Shown: in pieces, positions 1 to 10,454 of the stretch | Numbering within the stretch: position 1 is the first letter of the stretch | Layout: each line of letters starts with the position of its first letter | NCBI GenBank assembly: GCA_035559535.1 | Contig: DATMBG010000022.1 | Span: 256,568-320,567 of the forward strand | Origin: Candidatus Limnocylindrales bacterium | GTDB taxonomy: Bacteria > Moduliflexota > Moduliflexia > Moduliflexales > JAUQPW01 | Reading direction: 5' to 3' | DNA: 64,000 bases | The notes under the pieces: model-generated | Database searches by the model: none | What the model saw: only the letters and a program-made list of their open reading frames with translations | What the model was told of the DNA's origin: nothing | Made by a program: the position numbers and the translations under genes

Positions 1-1
1 C

Positions 2-3000
2 ATCAAAGAGGCCCGGCTTAAACAACAGAGTTATATCATTACCGGAGAAGAATATTATCTGGAATCTTATAACCAGGCCGTCAAAGGGGTTAATCAAAAA
101 ATTACATATCTTCTGGCATTAACAGCCGATAATCCCACCCAACAACAGAGAATTGAGGATCTGGTCCTTACGATTACTAAAAAGCTTACTTCGCTTCAGG
201 AATCCATCGACTTGCGAAAGAAGCAGGGGTCGGAAATTGAAAAGCAGGTGGTTTATGCCCATGAGGGAGAGAAGATCACGGCTGATATCCAGAAGATCAT
301 CAGCGAAATAGAGAAGGAAGAGAAGTCCCTGTTGAAAAAGCGGGATCAGGAAATGAAGACCGATGCCAGAAATACAATTTCCGCTGTGACTTTGGGAAGT
401 TTCCTGGCCTTTCTGATCGTCACTTTAGCCGGTTTTATCACCCAGCGAGACATCACCCGGCGCAAGCACGTGGAGGAAAAGTTATATCAGCAGAATACCT
501 ATCTAACGGCTCTCCATGAGACAACGGTTGCCTTGATGAATCGTCTGGAGTTATCCAATTTACTTGAATTTATCGTTAAACGGGCCGGGGATCTATTAAG
601 AACACCCCATGGATTTATTTATCTGGTTGATTCGGAAAAAGATGAAATAATTTTACAAATGGGGACCGGGAACTTTGCACAGTTTCAGGGTCTTCGATTG
701 AAGCCCGGTCAAGCCTTGGCCGGAAGGATCTGGCAAACAGGACAACCTCTGGTTGTAGATAATTATTTCAACTGGTCAGACCGCTTTCCAGATCCCCATC
801 TAGATATTATTCGGGCAGCCGTGGGAGTGCCCCTTAAGTCTGGTTCACAGGTGATGGGGGTGCTGGGTCTGGCCCACCTTGAGGGGGATCGGACTTTTGG
901 AGACGATGAAGTAGTCCTGTTAACCCGTTTTGCCCAACTGGCGGTCATCGCATTGGATAATGCTCGACTGTATGCTTCAGCCCAGCAAGAGTTGAGGGAA
1001 CGTATACAGGCGGAAGAGGCTCTGGCCGAGCGTGCCACCGAGTTGGCTTTTTCGGAAGAAGCCCTGCGGAATCAAACCAGAATCCTGCAATCCATCCTGG
1101 AAAGCATGGGGGATGGGGTCATTGTAGCCGATGAAAAAGGTCAGTTTCTGTTTTTCAACCCGGCAGCAGAAAAAATCCTGGGAATAGGTCAAATAAATAT
1201 AACCCCTGACCAATGGACAACCCAGTACGGTCTCTATCTACCCGATACATTGACACCTTACCCCCCTGAGAGTTTACCCCTGACTCGGGCTATCCGAGGT
1301 GAAGCGGTGGATGCCATAGAGGTATTTGTGCGCCACCCCCAAAGACCAGAAGGTCTTTGGTTGAATGTAACGGCACGACCCTTAAAGGATGAAAAAGGTA
1401 TTTTACGGGGCGGTGTGGCTGTTTTCAGTGATATCACCAAACGTAAACAGGTCGAAGAAGAATGGCGTATGGCCAAAGAAGCTGCTGAAGCTGCGAACCG
1501 GGCTAAAAGTCAATTTCTTGCCAATATGAGCCACGAACTACGGACTCCCCTTAACGCTATCATTGGATTTTCAGAGATTCTCGTAGACCAAATTTTCGGT
1601 CCGCTCAACGATAAACAAATTAAGTATGTCAACAACATCCTCAGCAGTGGTCGCCACCTGCTTCAATTGATCAATGATATCCTAGATTTATCCAAAATTG
1701 AAGCCGGACGCATCCAACTGGAGTTAACTCAAGTCGATGTGGAGACTGTACTCCATCATGTACAAACCATTGTCAAAACCCTTGCTAATAAAAAAGGGAT
1801 CACCCTTACCGTCCAGGTCGAGCAAAGCCCCCTGACCGTTACGGTGGATGAAGCAAAGTTCAAGCAGATTCTCTATAATCTGCTCAGCAATGCCATTAAA
1901 TTCACTCCGGAAGGAGGTCATGTAAAGGTAATCGCTTCGCTAGAAGCAGGAGAAGAAATACAGGTTGGAGAAAGGGAATCCTTGATTTCCTTCCCTACCC
2001 GGTTCATCAAGGTTTCTGTTTCTGACACCGGTATTGGCATCAAACCCGAGGATCAGGAACGAATCTTTAGGGAGTTTGAGCAGGTGGATTCCTCCTATGC
2101 TCGCAAACAGCAGGGCACCGGGTTAGGACTGGCACTAACCCGAAAACTGGTCGAATTACATGGAGGCCAGATCTGGGTGGAAAGTGAAGGCGAGGGCAAA
2201 GGGAGCACCTTTAGCTTTACCCTCCCGCAGGTTCCCAAAAAAACGGATAAATCCCGGCTTATTATTCCTGAACCGGCTTTCATCTATCCCAAATCTGATC
2301 CTCTAAAATCCGACTCATATCCCCTGGTTTTAGTCATAGAGGATGATCTATCCACAAGCGAACTGCTACGCAAGTACCTGACCGAGGCAGGGTACGCCGT
2401 AGCTACGGCATTCAACGGCGAACAGGCCCTTGATTTGGCAAGGAAACTCAAACCCGCTGCAATTACCTTAGACATCCTTCTCCCCGATAAGCATGGGCTA
2501 GAAGTGCTCGCAGAACTGAAATCTCTACCCGACACCCGAGATATTCCTGTAATAGTCGTCTCCATCACCGAAGATCGACAATTGGGTTTCAGTTTGGGAA
2601 TTATGGAATGGTTCGTTAAACCGGTTAACCGAGATCGATTTATCGAGGTGTTGAATAAAGCTAGAATAGCAAGGGGAACGAAAGTCACCACCGTACTCAT
2701 CATCGATGATGAACCTCAGACGGTCGAGCTATTGACAGACATCGCACAAACTCAAGGATACAGGGCTCTGCAGGCTTATACAGGTCGAGAAGGGATTCGT
2801 TTGGCCCGAGAAAAACGTCCTGACATTATCATTGTTGATTTGATAATGCCTGAAATGAACGGATTTGACGTGGTCAAAGAGCTACAGAAAGACGAGGAGA
2901 CTCGAGAGATTTCCATAGTGATATTTACTGCAAAAGAGTTAACCCAAGAAGAACGCAAACAGCTAAACATGAGCGCACAGGGAATCGTTTCGAAATCCAG

Positions 3001-3058
3001 CAGGGAGGATTTGCTTCAAGAATTGGATAAGATAAGAACTTGCTTGAACCAAAGGTAA
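2..3058 (+). CDS. Hybrid sensor histidine kinase (CHASE3-TM-GAF-PAS-HisKA-HATPase-REC-REC), 5'-truncated by the window edge
   Basis: The frame is open from position 2 (IKEARLKQQSYIITGEEYYLESY...LTADNPTQQQR, CHASE3-like). H-box FLANMSHELRTPLN, N-box NLLSNAIKFT, G-boxes DTGIG and GTGLGL, and two receiver domains (VIEDD..TLDILLP; IIDDE..VDLIMP). Confidence 0.93.
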   Translation: MKEARLKQQSYIITGEEYYLESYNQAVKGVNQKITYLLALTADNPTQQQRIEDLVLTITKKLTSLQESIDLRKKQGSEIEKQVVYAHEGEKITADIQKIISEIEKEEKSLLKKRDQEMKTDARNTISAVTLGSFLAFLIVTLAGFITQRDITRRKHVEEKLYQQNTYLTALHETTVALMNRLELSNLLEFIVKRAGDLLRTPHGFIYLVDSEKDEIILQMGTGNFAQFQGLRLKPGQALAGRIWQTGQPLVVDNYFNWSDRFPDPHLDIIRAAVGVPLKSGSQVMGVLGLAHLEGDRTFGDDEVVLLTRFAQLAVIALDNARLYASAQQELRERIQAEEALAERATELAFSEEALRNQTRILQSILESMGDGVIVADEKGQFLFFNPAAEKILGIGQINITPDQWTTQYGLYLPDTLTPYPPESLPLTRAIRGEAVDAIEVFVRHPQRPEGLWLNVTARPLKDEKGILRGGVAVFSDITKRKQVEEEWRMAKEAAEAANRAKSQFLANMSHELRTPLNAIIGFSEILVDQIFGPLNDKQIKYVNNILSSGRHLLQLINDILDLSKIEAGRIQLELTQVDVETVLHHVQTIVKTLANKKGITLTVQVEQSPLTVTVDEAKFKQILYNLLSNAIKFTPEGGHVKVIASLEAGEEIQVGERESLISFPTRFIKVSVSDTGIGIKPEDQERIFREFEQVDSSYARKQQGTGLGLALTRKLVELHGGQIWVESEGEGKGSTFSFTLPQVPKKTDKSRLIIPEPAFIYPKSDPLKSDSYPLVLVIEDDLSTSELLRKYLTEAGYAVATAFNGEQALDLARKLKPAAITLDILLPDKHGLEVLAELKSLPDTRDIPVIVVSITEDRQLGFSLGIMEWFVKPVNRDRFIEVLNKARIARGTKVTTVLIIDDEPQTVELLTDIAQTQGYRALQAYTGREGIRLAREKRPDIIIVDLIMPEMNGFDVVKELQKDEETREISIVIFTAKELTQEERKQLNMSAQGIVSKSSREDLLQELDKIRTCLNQR

Positions 3059-3062
3059 ATCC

Positions 3063-3446
3063 ATGTCTGGTAAGAAAGTGTTAATCATTGAAGACAATCC
3101 CATCAATATGGAATTGGTTACAGATATTTTAACTGTGGCAGGTTATGGGGTATTACAGGCAGAAGATGCAGAGATAGGGATTGCTTTGGCCAAGACCGAG
3201 AAACCGGCCTTGATTTTAATAGATATCAGTTTACCGGGGATGGATGGGCTTGCAGCGACCCGGATTCTAAAACAGGATCCTACCACCAGGAATATTCCCG
3301 TCGTTGCCCTGACCGCCCATGCTATGAAAGGAGATAGGGAGAAAATACTGGCAGCAGGTTGTACCGGGTATATCAGTAAGCCGATAAATACCCGGACACT
3401 TCCGAAAATGATAGCCGATTTTATTGAATCAGTTGAAAGCGTGTGA
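3063..3446 (+). CDS. Single-domain response regulator (DivK/CheY-like)
   Basis: IIEDN, LIDISLPGMDG, ALTAHAM and ISKP receiver motifs; starts 4 bp after the kinase. Confidence 0.92.
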   Translation: MSGKKVLIIEDNPINMELVTDILTVAGYGVLQAEDAEIGIALAKTEKPALILIDISLPGMDGLAATRILKQDPTTRNIPVVALTAHAMKGDREKILAAGCTGYISKPINTRTLPKMIADFIESVESV

Positions 3447-3605
3447 AAAGAACGGCTTGCAGGATGAAAGAACAGGGAGTAAAAAGGTTTTTGTTCTGGG
3501 CTTAATAGCTTAAGTCTTATCCTGGAGTCTTCCTCTGTAGGGTTTAGAGGTACCCTATGAGAATACCCATCTGAAATTCATCATGCTTACTTTTTACTCT
3601 GGAAA

Positions 3606-4790
3606 ATGGAAAATAACCGACTCGGGAGGAAAACTGTGAATAGCACTACTTCAGGTACACCCATGTATCCAACCGGTCATGTGCTGGTGGTGGACGACGA
3701 AGAAAACAATCGCATCCTCCTCAGAGACTTGCTTGAAGCCCAGGGGCATAAAGTCAGCGAGGCAGAAGATGGGGAGCAGGCTTTACAAAAGGTCATGGAG
3801 GGTTCCATAGATGTGGTCCTCCTGGATGTCATGCTTCCTAAACTCGATGGGTTTGAAGTTTGTCGTCGGCTGAAAAGAAATCCTCAAACAGCTCCGATTC
3901 CCGTTCTTCTCATAACCTCTTTAACCGATCGTCAAGATCGATTAACAGGAATAGAAGCAGGAGCCAATGATTTTCTTACCAAACCCATCGATACCCAGGA
4001 CGTCAACCTCCGGGTGCGCAATGCAGTGTATACCAAACAGCTTTTTGACCGTCTACAAGAAAATTACCACCAATTCCAGGAATTAGAGGCCCTACGGGAC
4101 AATTTGACCCACATGATCGTACACGATTTAAGATCCCCCCTCACAGGCATAAAACTTTTCCTGGAAATGCTCCAGAGATCGGCCAGAAAAAAATTAGATG
4201 ACGTAGAAAATCAATATTTAGAACGTGTGCTGAGTAGTATCACAACCTTGATGGAAATGATCAGCTCAGTCCTGGATGTGAGTCGGCTAGAAGTAGGAGA
4301 GATGCCTCTCAATTTGAGCCCGTGCGATTTGAGAAATATAGCCAAGAAAGCGATAGAAACCCTGGGTTATCTGGCGCATCAATACCAGGTCCATCTGGAA
4401 GTGCCACCGGAACCTGTATTACTTTTTTGTGATGCCAATATAATAAGTCGGGTTATTATGAATTTAGTGGGAAATGCTATTATTCACACTCCAAGGGAAG
4501 GAAAGGTATGGGTTAGAGTGGAAGAAAAAGAGGACCAGGCTAAGGTTCTGGTCATAGATACAGGGCCAGGGATTCCCTTAGAGTATCAGGAAAAGATCTT
4601 CGAAAAATTCGGCCAGGTCAAACTGGGGGAACAAAATCGGAAGTACTCGACCGGATTGGGCTTGACATTCTGTAAACTGGCCATCGAAGCCCATGGGGGT
4701 AAAATAGGTGTGGAAAGCAAATTGGGTCAGGGGAGTACCTTTTGGTTTACATTACCGACTAAACCGAAAACTCTCCCGGAGTCTTTCTAA
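3606..4790 (+). CDS. REC-HisKA-HATPase hybrid histidine kinase
   Basis: VVDDE..LLDVMLP..LTKP receiver; IVHDLRSPL H-box; NLVGNA; DTGPG; STGLGL. Start could be 3606, 3636 or 3663. Confidence 0.9.
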   Translation: MENNRLGRKTVNSTTSGTPMYPTGHVLVVDDEENNRILLRDLLEAQGHKVSEAEDGEQALQKVMEGSIDVVLLDVMLPKLDGFEVCRRLKRNPQTAPIPVLLITSLTDRQDRLTGIEAGANDFLTKPIDTQDVNLRVRNAVYTKQLFDRLQENYHQFQELEALRDNLTHMIVHDLRSPLTGIKLFLEMLQRSARKKLDDVENQYLERVLSSITTLMEMISSVLDVSRLEVGEMPLNLSPCDLRNIAKKAIETLGYLAHQYQVHLEVPPEPVLLFCDANIISRVIMNLVGNAIIHTPREGKVWVRVEEKEDQAKVLVIDTGPGIPLEYQEKIFEKFGQVKLGEQNRKYSTGLGLTFCKLAIEAHGGKIGVESKLGQGSTFWFTLPTKPKTLPESF

Positions 4791-4827
4791 ATTTAAAACT
4801 TAAAATTAAGGTGAGAATTTAAAAGCT

Positions 4828-6345
4828 TTGAATTCCGAAATCCTGGCAAATTTGACGGAGCGCCGGTTTCTCCAACTCTGGTATTCCCAGAATCTAAAAA
4901 CCATTAACCTTACCGCTACAGATGGAAGAAAGATCGAAGTTATTCGTCGTGGAAAATGGAACTTTGATACCGGTCCCGATTTTAAATCGGCCCTCCTTCG
5001 CATAGGAAATCAACTTCAGCCGGGTGATGTAGAAGTTCACTTGAGGACTACGGACTGGTATGCCCACCGACACGATAAAGATCCCCATTACAACCAGGTT
5101 ATTCTCCATGTAGTATTGTGGGAAGATTTAAAAAATCCCGTTATCCGACAAGACGGTCAACCGGTTCCTACATTGGTTCTTGAACACTTCTTGAAACCCA
5201 TAGATTTCCAACGCCTCCTTAAACCCTATCTCTCCCCGAGAAGCAGATCCCCACAAATACCCTCTGCTTGCCTGGAGGAAATTAAGATCCTTCCTAAGAA
5301 AAGGTTGATGGAACTCCTTCAAGAAAAGGCCGATCGGCGATTTCAGCAGAAAGTACGACGTTTTGAAGCAAGATACCGGGAGGGTGAAGAGAGAAAATGG
5401 AGAAAAGAACGATCTACCCTTCCCTGCTCTTCCACCTCCTTACCTTCCCCGGATTCCGGCTGGGATCAGCTTATTTACGAAGGATTTCTGGAAGCCCTGG
5501 GATATCCCATCAATAAAAAACCTTTCTTAAAACTGGCACAGCTTCTTCCCCTGGAATCTCTTCGGAATGTTATAACCCGGCGTGGGATGGAAAGTAAAGT
5601 ACTCTGGTTACAGGCCGTTCTTCTAGGGACTGCAGGACTGCTTCCGGCTTCCCTCTCTTCGCCTGTCCTCAAAGTAGCCGATCAGAAGAACTTAGATTTA
5701 GAAACGAAAAGCTACCTTGACGAGATATATTCCCTGTGGGAAATGTTAAAACCCTGCCTGACAGAAGTTCAGATGCAGCCTGAAGAATGGCAATTCTTCA
5801 GAATACGTCCCCTTAATTCCCCCATCAGTCGATTGGCCCGGTTCAGTTTTGTACTGGCAAAGTTACCCTCAAGTTCCTGGATCCACTCCTACGTAACCCA
5901 CTTAACAGATTCGCCGGAATCTTCCTCCTGGAGGGTAGAGACGGTTAAAAAGCTGGAAGCAAGCCTTCGGGTTCCCATTTCCGGATACTGGACCTGTCAT
6001 AATGGCTTTAGCGGCCGCATATCCCCTCCCATCCGCTTTGCCATCGGGTGTAATACCCTTCGGGAAATGGTGATTAATGTTCTTCTTCCGATTCTGTATT
6101 TCTATGCCGAAAAAACGTCCCGATCTCATCTCCAGGAAAGGATCCATCAACTTTATCAGACTTATCCGGCTCCGGCCTATAACAAAGTTACCCGATTTAT
6201 GGACGAGAATCTCTTTCAAGAAGATTCTGCGGAACCGTTCAGGCAAGAGATGGGTTATGCCCGAATCCATCAAGGTCTCATCCAGCTCCATACCGAACTC
6301 TGCCAGATGAAAGGATGTCCGACCTGCCCCTATCGGACGTTTTAA
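4828..6345 (+). CDS. DUF2851 family protein
   Basis: GPDF..A, GDVEVH....W..H.H..DP.YNQVILHVV, W.FFRIRP.N.P, INV.LP, QGLIQL and C-terminal C...C..C, recalled as typical of DUF2851. TTG start uncertain. Confidence 0.75.
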   Translation: MNSEILANLTERRFLQLWYSQNLKTINLTATDGRKIEVIRRGKWNFDTGPDFKSALLRIGNQLQPGDVEVHLRTTDWYAHRHDKDPHYNQVILHVVLWEDLKNPVIRQDGQPVPTLVLEHFLKPIDFQRLLKPYLSPRSRSPQIPSACLEEIKILPKKRLMELLQEKADRRFQQKVRRFEARYREGEERKWRKERSTLPCSSTSLPSPDSGWDQLIYEGFLEALGYPINKKPFLKLAQLLPLESLRNVITRRGMESKVLWLQAVLLGTAGLLPASLSSPVLKVADQKNLDLETKSYLDEIYSLWEMLKPCLTEVQMQPEEWQFFRIRPLNSPISRLARFSFVLAKLPSSSWIHSYVTHLTDSPESSSWRVETVKKLEASLRVPISGYWTCHNGFSGRISPPIRFAIGCNTLREMVINVLLPILYFYAEKTSRSHLQERIHQLYQTYPAPAYNKVTRFMDENLFQEDSAEPFRQEMGYARIHQGLIQLHTELCQMKGCPTCPYRTF

Positions 6346-6430
6346 GAAAGACGGATTTCAATTATTTTTCCTCCTGAACCCTAAACTTTCTGGTTTCTCA
6401 GGTGTCCTATTTATAAAAAAGGAGGAAACC

Positions 6431-8014
6431 ATGAAGACTAAAACCATTTTCATTCCCATCATTTATTTATTCGTTGGGGTCTTTATCTGGAATATTAGCT
6501 TTTTAGAAGGCGCCGAACTACCCCGTGTTCCTTCGAGTACGGCGTTTCAAAGTTTATCCCAAATGGCACGTCCGGAACTCAGGAGACGGACGGAATCTGC
6601 CCTGAGCTCCCGAATAGAGCAAGTGCCGATCAATCCTGCGGTCCGAGGAAATCCTGCGGTCCGAGGAAATCCTCTTCTACCGGAAGTACCGATCTGGAGA
6701 AGTCCCACGCCATTTACCCAAACTGCTCCGGTTCCCATGAGTCGGATCCAATCCAGGGGAACCGGTCGATATGTTCCAGGTGAAATCATTATAAAGTTAC
6801 GACGAGATGCAAATATCCAGGGATTTCGCCAAGGATCACCTTCCTTACGGGCCGGGACCCCGGGTGCCGGTTCTGGATTGGAGAGCTTAAATCGAAGATA
6901 TAGCGTTCGGAGTATGGATAAGCTCTTCCAAGCTCCTGATTTTCGCATTCAGAGTAATGCACCCAGAGGGCTGGAGTTATGGAGAATTTACAGGCTTAGA
7001 TTTCGAAGCGATCTGAATCCGGAGGAGGTGGCCCGGGATTACGAAAGGCTGGCAGAGGTTGAATATGCAGAACCTAATTATATCTACACCATCTCTTTCA
7101 TTCCCAATGATCCCCTCTTTCCAAGGCAATATGCTCTTCAGAGATCCCAAAGTGGAATCGATGCCGTAGAAGCCTGGGATATCGAGACCGGAAGTAGCCG
7201 TATTGTGGTTGGATTATTAGATACCGGCGTGGACTATAACCACGAGGATTTAAAGGGGAGAATTGTGAAGGGTCCTGATTTGGTCAACGAGGATTCGGAT
7301 CCCATGGATGATCAGGGGCACGGAACCCATATTGCAGGGATTATTGCCGCCCGGGGTAATAACGGCAAAGGGGTCGCAGGGGTATGCTGGAGCTGTCGGG
7401 TTATGGCCATTAAAGTAGCAGATGCTTCTGGAGCCTCCACCAACGCCTGGATCGCCCAGGGGCTTGTTTACGCAGTCAACCACGGAGCTCAAATCGTTAA
7501 CCTGAGCCTGGGAGGATTCGATCCGTCTAAGACGTTGGAACAGGCGGTCAGATATGCTAATTCCAGGAGTGTAGTTCTTGTCGCGGCCATCGGTAACGAA
7601 TCTACCAGTCAGGCCGTTTACCCGGCGGCTTATCCTGGGGTTATTGCCGTAGGGGCGACCGATGTGAATGGCAGCCGCGCTTCCTTCTCTAATTATGGGG
7701 ATTACCTGTTCGTGATGGCTCCTGGGGTTTCTATTTACAGTACTTATCGTGGAAATAGCTATCAGGGGTTGAGTGGCACTTCCATGTCCGCAGGCTTTGT
7801 ATCGGGTGTGGCCGCTTTGATTTTATCCAAAAATCCTTCTCTCTCCAGTAGCCAGGTCCGCCGCATCCTGGCGGCTTCTACCGATGATATAGGGACATTC
7901 GGAAAAGATTTCGAAACCGGATATGGCCGTATCAATGCTTTTAAAGCCTTGGGTGGAGGAGCCGTCTCCGTAAGCAATTATCAATTTTTAATAAACAGGT
8001 GGAGGGGGTATTAA
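6431..8014 (+). CDS. Secreted S8 subtilisin/thermitase-like serine protease with prodomain
   Basis: RBS AGGAGG; signal peptide; prodomain YVPGEIIIK...VEYAEPNY; catalytic triad LLDTG, GHGTH, GTSMS; oxyanion AAIGN. Confidence 0.92.
   Translation: MKTKTIFIPIIYLFVGVFIWNISFLEGAELPRVPSSTAFQSLSQMARPELRRRTESALSSRIEQVPINPAVRGNPAVRGNPLLPEVPIWRSPTPFTQTAPVPMSRIQSRGTGRYVPGEIIIKLRRDANIQGFRQGSPSLRAGTPGAGSGLESLNRRYSVRSMDKLFQAPDFRIQSNAPRGLELWRIYRLRFRSDLNPEEVARDYERLAEVEYAEPNYIYTISFIPNDPLFPRQYALQRSQSGIDAVEAWDIETGSSRIVVGLLDTGVDYNHEDLKGRIVKGPDLVNEDSDPMDDQGHGTHIAGIIAARGNNGKGVAGVCWSCRVMAIKVADASGASTNAWIAQGLVYAVNHGAQIVNLSLGGFDPSKTLEQAVRYANSRSVVLVAAIGNESTSQAVYPAAYPGVIAVGATDVNGSRASFSNYGDYLFVMAPGVSIYSTYRGNSYQGLSGTSMSAGFVSGVAALILSKNPSLSSSQVRRILAASTDDIGTFGKDFETGYGRINAFKALGGGAVSVSNYQFLINRWRGY
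6632..6673 (+). repeat. Perfect 18-bp in-frame tandem duplication (NPAVRG x2 + NP)
   Basis: AATCCTGCGGTCCGAGGA occurs twice, followed by AATCCT. Confidence 0.95.
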
Positions 8015-8044
8015 GGACTCCAGGTTAAAAAATTACCCAACGTC

Positions 8045-8100
8045 AGGAGGTCTCTACCGGGATTCTCCCTTAGGGCCTTCAATCCCGATGAGGGTCTCCT
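8045..8100. terminator. Hairpin between convergent genes (possible terminator)
   Basis: AGGAG..CGGGATT pairs with AATCCCG..CTCCT; T-rich sequence follows. Confidence 0.4.
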
Positions 8101-8209
8101 GCTCCTTTTGAAAGGTATCTTTTTATGTAGCATTGTTTCCCCTTCACACTTCAACCCCTTTCCACCCCTTGTTTATCGTCCATTATGTCCCTGCTAACGG
8201 GCAAATTTA

Positions 8210-8998
8210 CTAAATAAACTTTGCACTTACGGAGCCCAAACGGGTAAAGGTAATACGAATATGATTTCCTTTCTTAACTTTAAAATAGCTGGTAATAGAT
8301 CCTGAGATGATAATTTCCCCTGCCCTCAAATAGTCATCAAACTCAACCAGTTTGTTGGCCAGCCAGGCTACGGAATGAGCCGGATTTCCCATGACTTCGG
8401 CTCCGGCCCCGGATGCCACTAGCTCCCCATCGACCTCCAACACTACCCCTTCAAAGCGAAGATTCAGGTTTTGTACCGGAGTTAATTGAGGACCTAAAAC
8501 GATTCCTGCATTAAGGGCATTGAACCCTATCAAATCAACTGCTTTGAAGTGAGATCCTTGCAGGATAATATCCCCGATTTCCATGGCGGGTAAAACTCCC
8601 TCGGTGGCTTGAAGAACCGACAGCGGACTGACGCCGGGGCCCTTTAAATCCTGTTTTAATAAAAAAGCTACTTCGGGTTCAACTAAAGGATTTACAAAGG
8701 CATCTAAAGGAATGGTACTCCCATCCAGGTAAATACCGGGACTCATCAGATGCCCAAAAATGGGCTCATCGATCCCGAACTGGATTCGGGTCGCTTTATT
8801 AGTTAAAGCTATTTTACGGCCAATAACTTTTTGTCCCCGGGTTATGAGTCTTCGAATCCAACCATACTGAACCCGATAGGCATCGTGCTGGCTCATGTTT
8901 CCTAAGAGTCCAGAAAATGTTTCGACCGGTTTTTTAACTTCATAACTCTGGGCTACCTGATTGACAGCTTCTTCTATGAGTTCTGGTGAAAGGGCCAT
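8210..8998 (-). CDS. 2-keto-4-pentenoate hydratase-like protein (MhpD/FAH superfamily)
   Basis: DAYRVQ, GRKIALT, EPIFG, VEPEVAF.LK.DL.GP, G.GAEVMGNP..SVAWLAN, LRAGEIIISGS. Confidence 0.85.
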   Translation of the reverse strand: MALSPELIEEAVNQVAQSYEVKKPVETFSGLLGNMSQHDAYRVQYGWIRRLITRGQKVIGRKIALTNKATRIQFGIDEPIFGHLMSPGIYLDGSTIPLDAFVNPLVEPEVAFLLKQDLKGPGVSPLSVLQATEGVLPAMEIGDIILQGSHFKAVDLIGFNALNAGIVLGPQLTPVQNLNLRFEGVVLEVDGELVASGAGAEVMGNPAHSVAWLANKLVEFDDYLRAGEIIISGSITSYFKVKKGNHIRITFTRLGSVSAKFI

Positions 8999-9142
8999 GA
9001 CTCCCTCCTTTCGTAATTAAAACGGTTTATCTCGGGAAGTAGTTTGGGAAATTGTTTGTCGCGTATTTACTTTATACACGAAACCGGATCCAAGTCAAGC
9101 TTTTGCCACCCACAGAGTTTGTTAGCCATTCCTACTTAACCA

Positions 9143-9171
9143 TTGACAAGGGAGTAGAGGTTATGGATAAT
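9143..9171 (+). promoter_or_regulatory. Sigma70-type promoter
   Basis: TTGACA-N17-GATAAT about 80 bp upstream of the aldo/keto reductase. Confidence 0.6.
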
Positions 9172-9252
9172 AGGGGATGGGAGAGGAGATCTTAAAGTCT
9201 GTGAAGGCCTTGGGGTCTAGCTTCTCATAGATTTTAGGAATCGGATACGATT

Positions 9253-10368
9253 ATGGTATATACTTCGCATGCGACTCCAGAAGGTACAGATACCTATCAG
9301 AAACGCTTTTCGGGGAAATTAGCACCTGGTCATTTTCGACTGCATCAGGGTTGCTGGCTTTCGTCTATTGGGCTCGGTACATACTTAGGTCACCATGATA
9401 TTACCACCGACACTCTTTATCGAGATGCCATCATCCGAGCCCTTGAGTTAGGCTGCAACGTCATTGATACGGCCATTAATTATCGATGTCAACGGAGTGA
9501 ACGGGTCATAGGACAGGCTTTATCCCTTCTTTTTAAAGAGGGACGTCTCAAACGGGAAGAAGTTCTGATCGCTACCAAAGGCGGATTCATCCCTTTTGAT
9601 GGAGAACCTCCGCGAAATCCCCGCGCTTATATCCTGGAGACCTTTGTCAAGCCTGGCATCATCACCTTTGAGGATATCGTAGCAGATTGCCATTGTTTAG
9701 CCCCGCGATACATACAGAACCAATTAGATCGTAGCCTTAAGAATTTAGGCCTGGGATGTGTGGACATCTATTATCTCCACAACCCGGAAACCCAGTTAAG
9801 TGAGGTATCCCGGGAAGAGTTTTACCGTCGCATGAAAGCAGCTTTCCAGGTTTTGGAAGAAAATGTTATCCGGGGTAAAATCCAGTGGTATGGTACCGCA
9901 ACCTGGGATGGATATCGCACTTCTCCCCAGGCCCCCGATTATCTCTCCCTACAGGATCTGGTTGAGCTGGCCAGGGAAGTGGGTGGGGAAACCCATCACT
10001 TTAAGGTGATCCAGCTTCCTTATAATCTGGCCATGGCGGAAGCTTTTACCCATCAGAATCAAGCTGTTGGAGAAGAAGTCCTGTCCGTCTTTGAGGCTGC
10101 ACAGCGGCTGGGTATTACCGTTATGACCAGTGCTTCTATTTACCAAAGTCGATTAGCCCGCAATCTTCCCCCAACCATTTATGGATTTTTTCCAGGCGTT
10201 TTCACCGACGCCCAACGGGCCATCCAGTTTGTTCGCTCTACCCCTGGAGTAACAACCGCTTTAGTCGGCATGAAACAGCGGGCCCATGTAGAGGAAAATC
10301 TCAAAACCGCCCTGACTCCCCCCATGAGCCAGGAAGAATTCATGCGGCTATTCTCGCAGGCCCCCTAA
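9253..10368 (+). CDS. Aldo/keto reductase
   Basis: SSIGLGT, IDTAINY, SE..IG, ATKGG, VDIYYLHNP, QLPYN, LVGM....HVEEN. Confidence 0.9.
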   Translation: MVYTSHATPEGTDTYQKRFSGKLAPGHFRLHQGCWLSSIGLGTYLGHHDITTDTLYRDAIIRALELGCNVIDTAINYRCQRSERVIGQALSLLFKEGRLKREEVLIATKGGFIPFDGEPPRNPRAYILETFVKPGIITFEDIVADCHCLAPRYIQNQLDRSLKNLGLGCVDIYYLHNPETQLSEVSREEFYRRMKAAFQVLEENVIRGKIQWYGTATWDGYRTSPQAPDYLSLQDLVELAREVGGETHHFKVIQLPYNLAMAEAFTHQNQAVGEEVLSVFEAAQRLGITVMTSASIYQSRLARNLPPTIYGFFPGVFTDAQRAIQFVRSTPGVTTALVGMKQRAHVEENLKTALTPPMSQEEFMRLFSQAP

Positions 10369-10369
10369 G

Positions 10370-10452
10370 GGAGGCAGAGACCCGGAGACACGGGGACGCG
10401 GAGATATTTCCCCGGGTCCCTAAGTCCCCGGGTTCCAAACTCCCGGGTCCAA
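10370..10452. repeat. Intergenic octamer-type fold-back repeat (GGAGACAC/GGGGACGC family)
   Basis: CCGGAGACACGGGGACGCGGAGA followed by complementary-type CCCGGGTC/GTCCCCGG units; related to 31850-31935 and 61143-61293. Confidence 0.65.
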
Positions 10453-10454
10453 AA

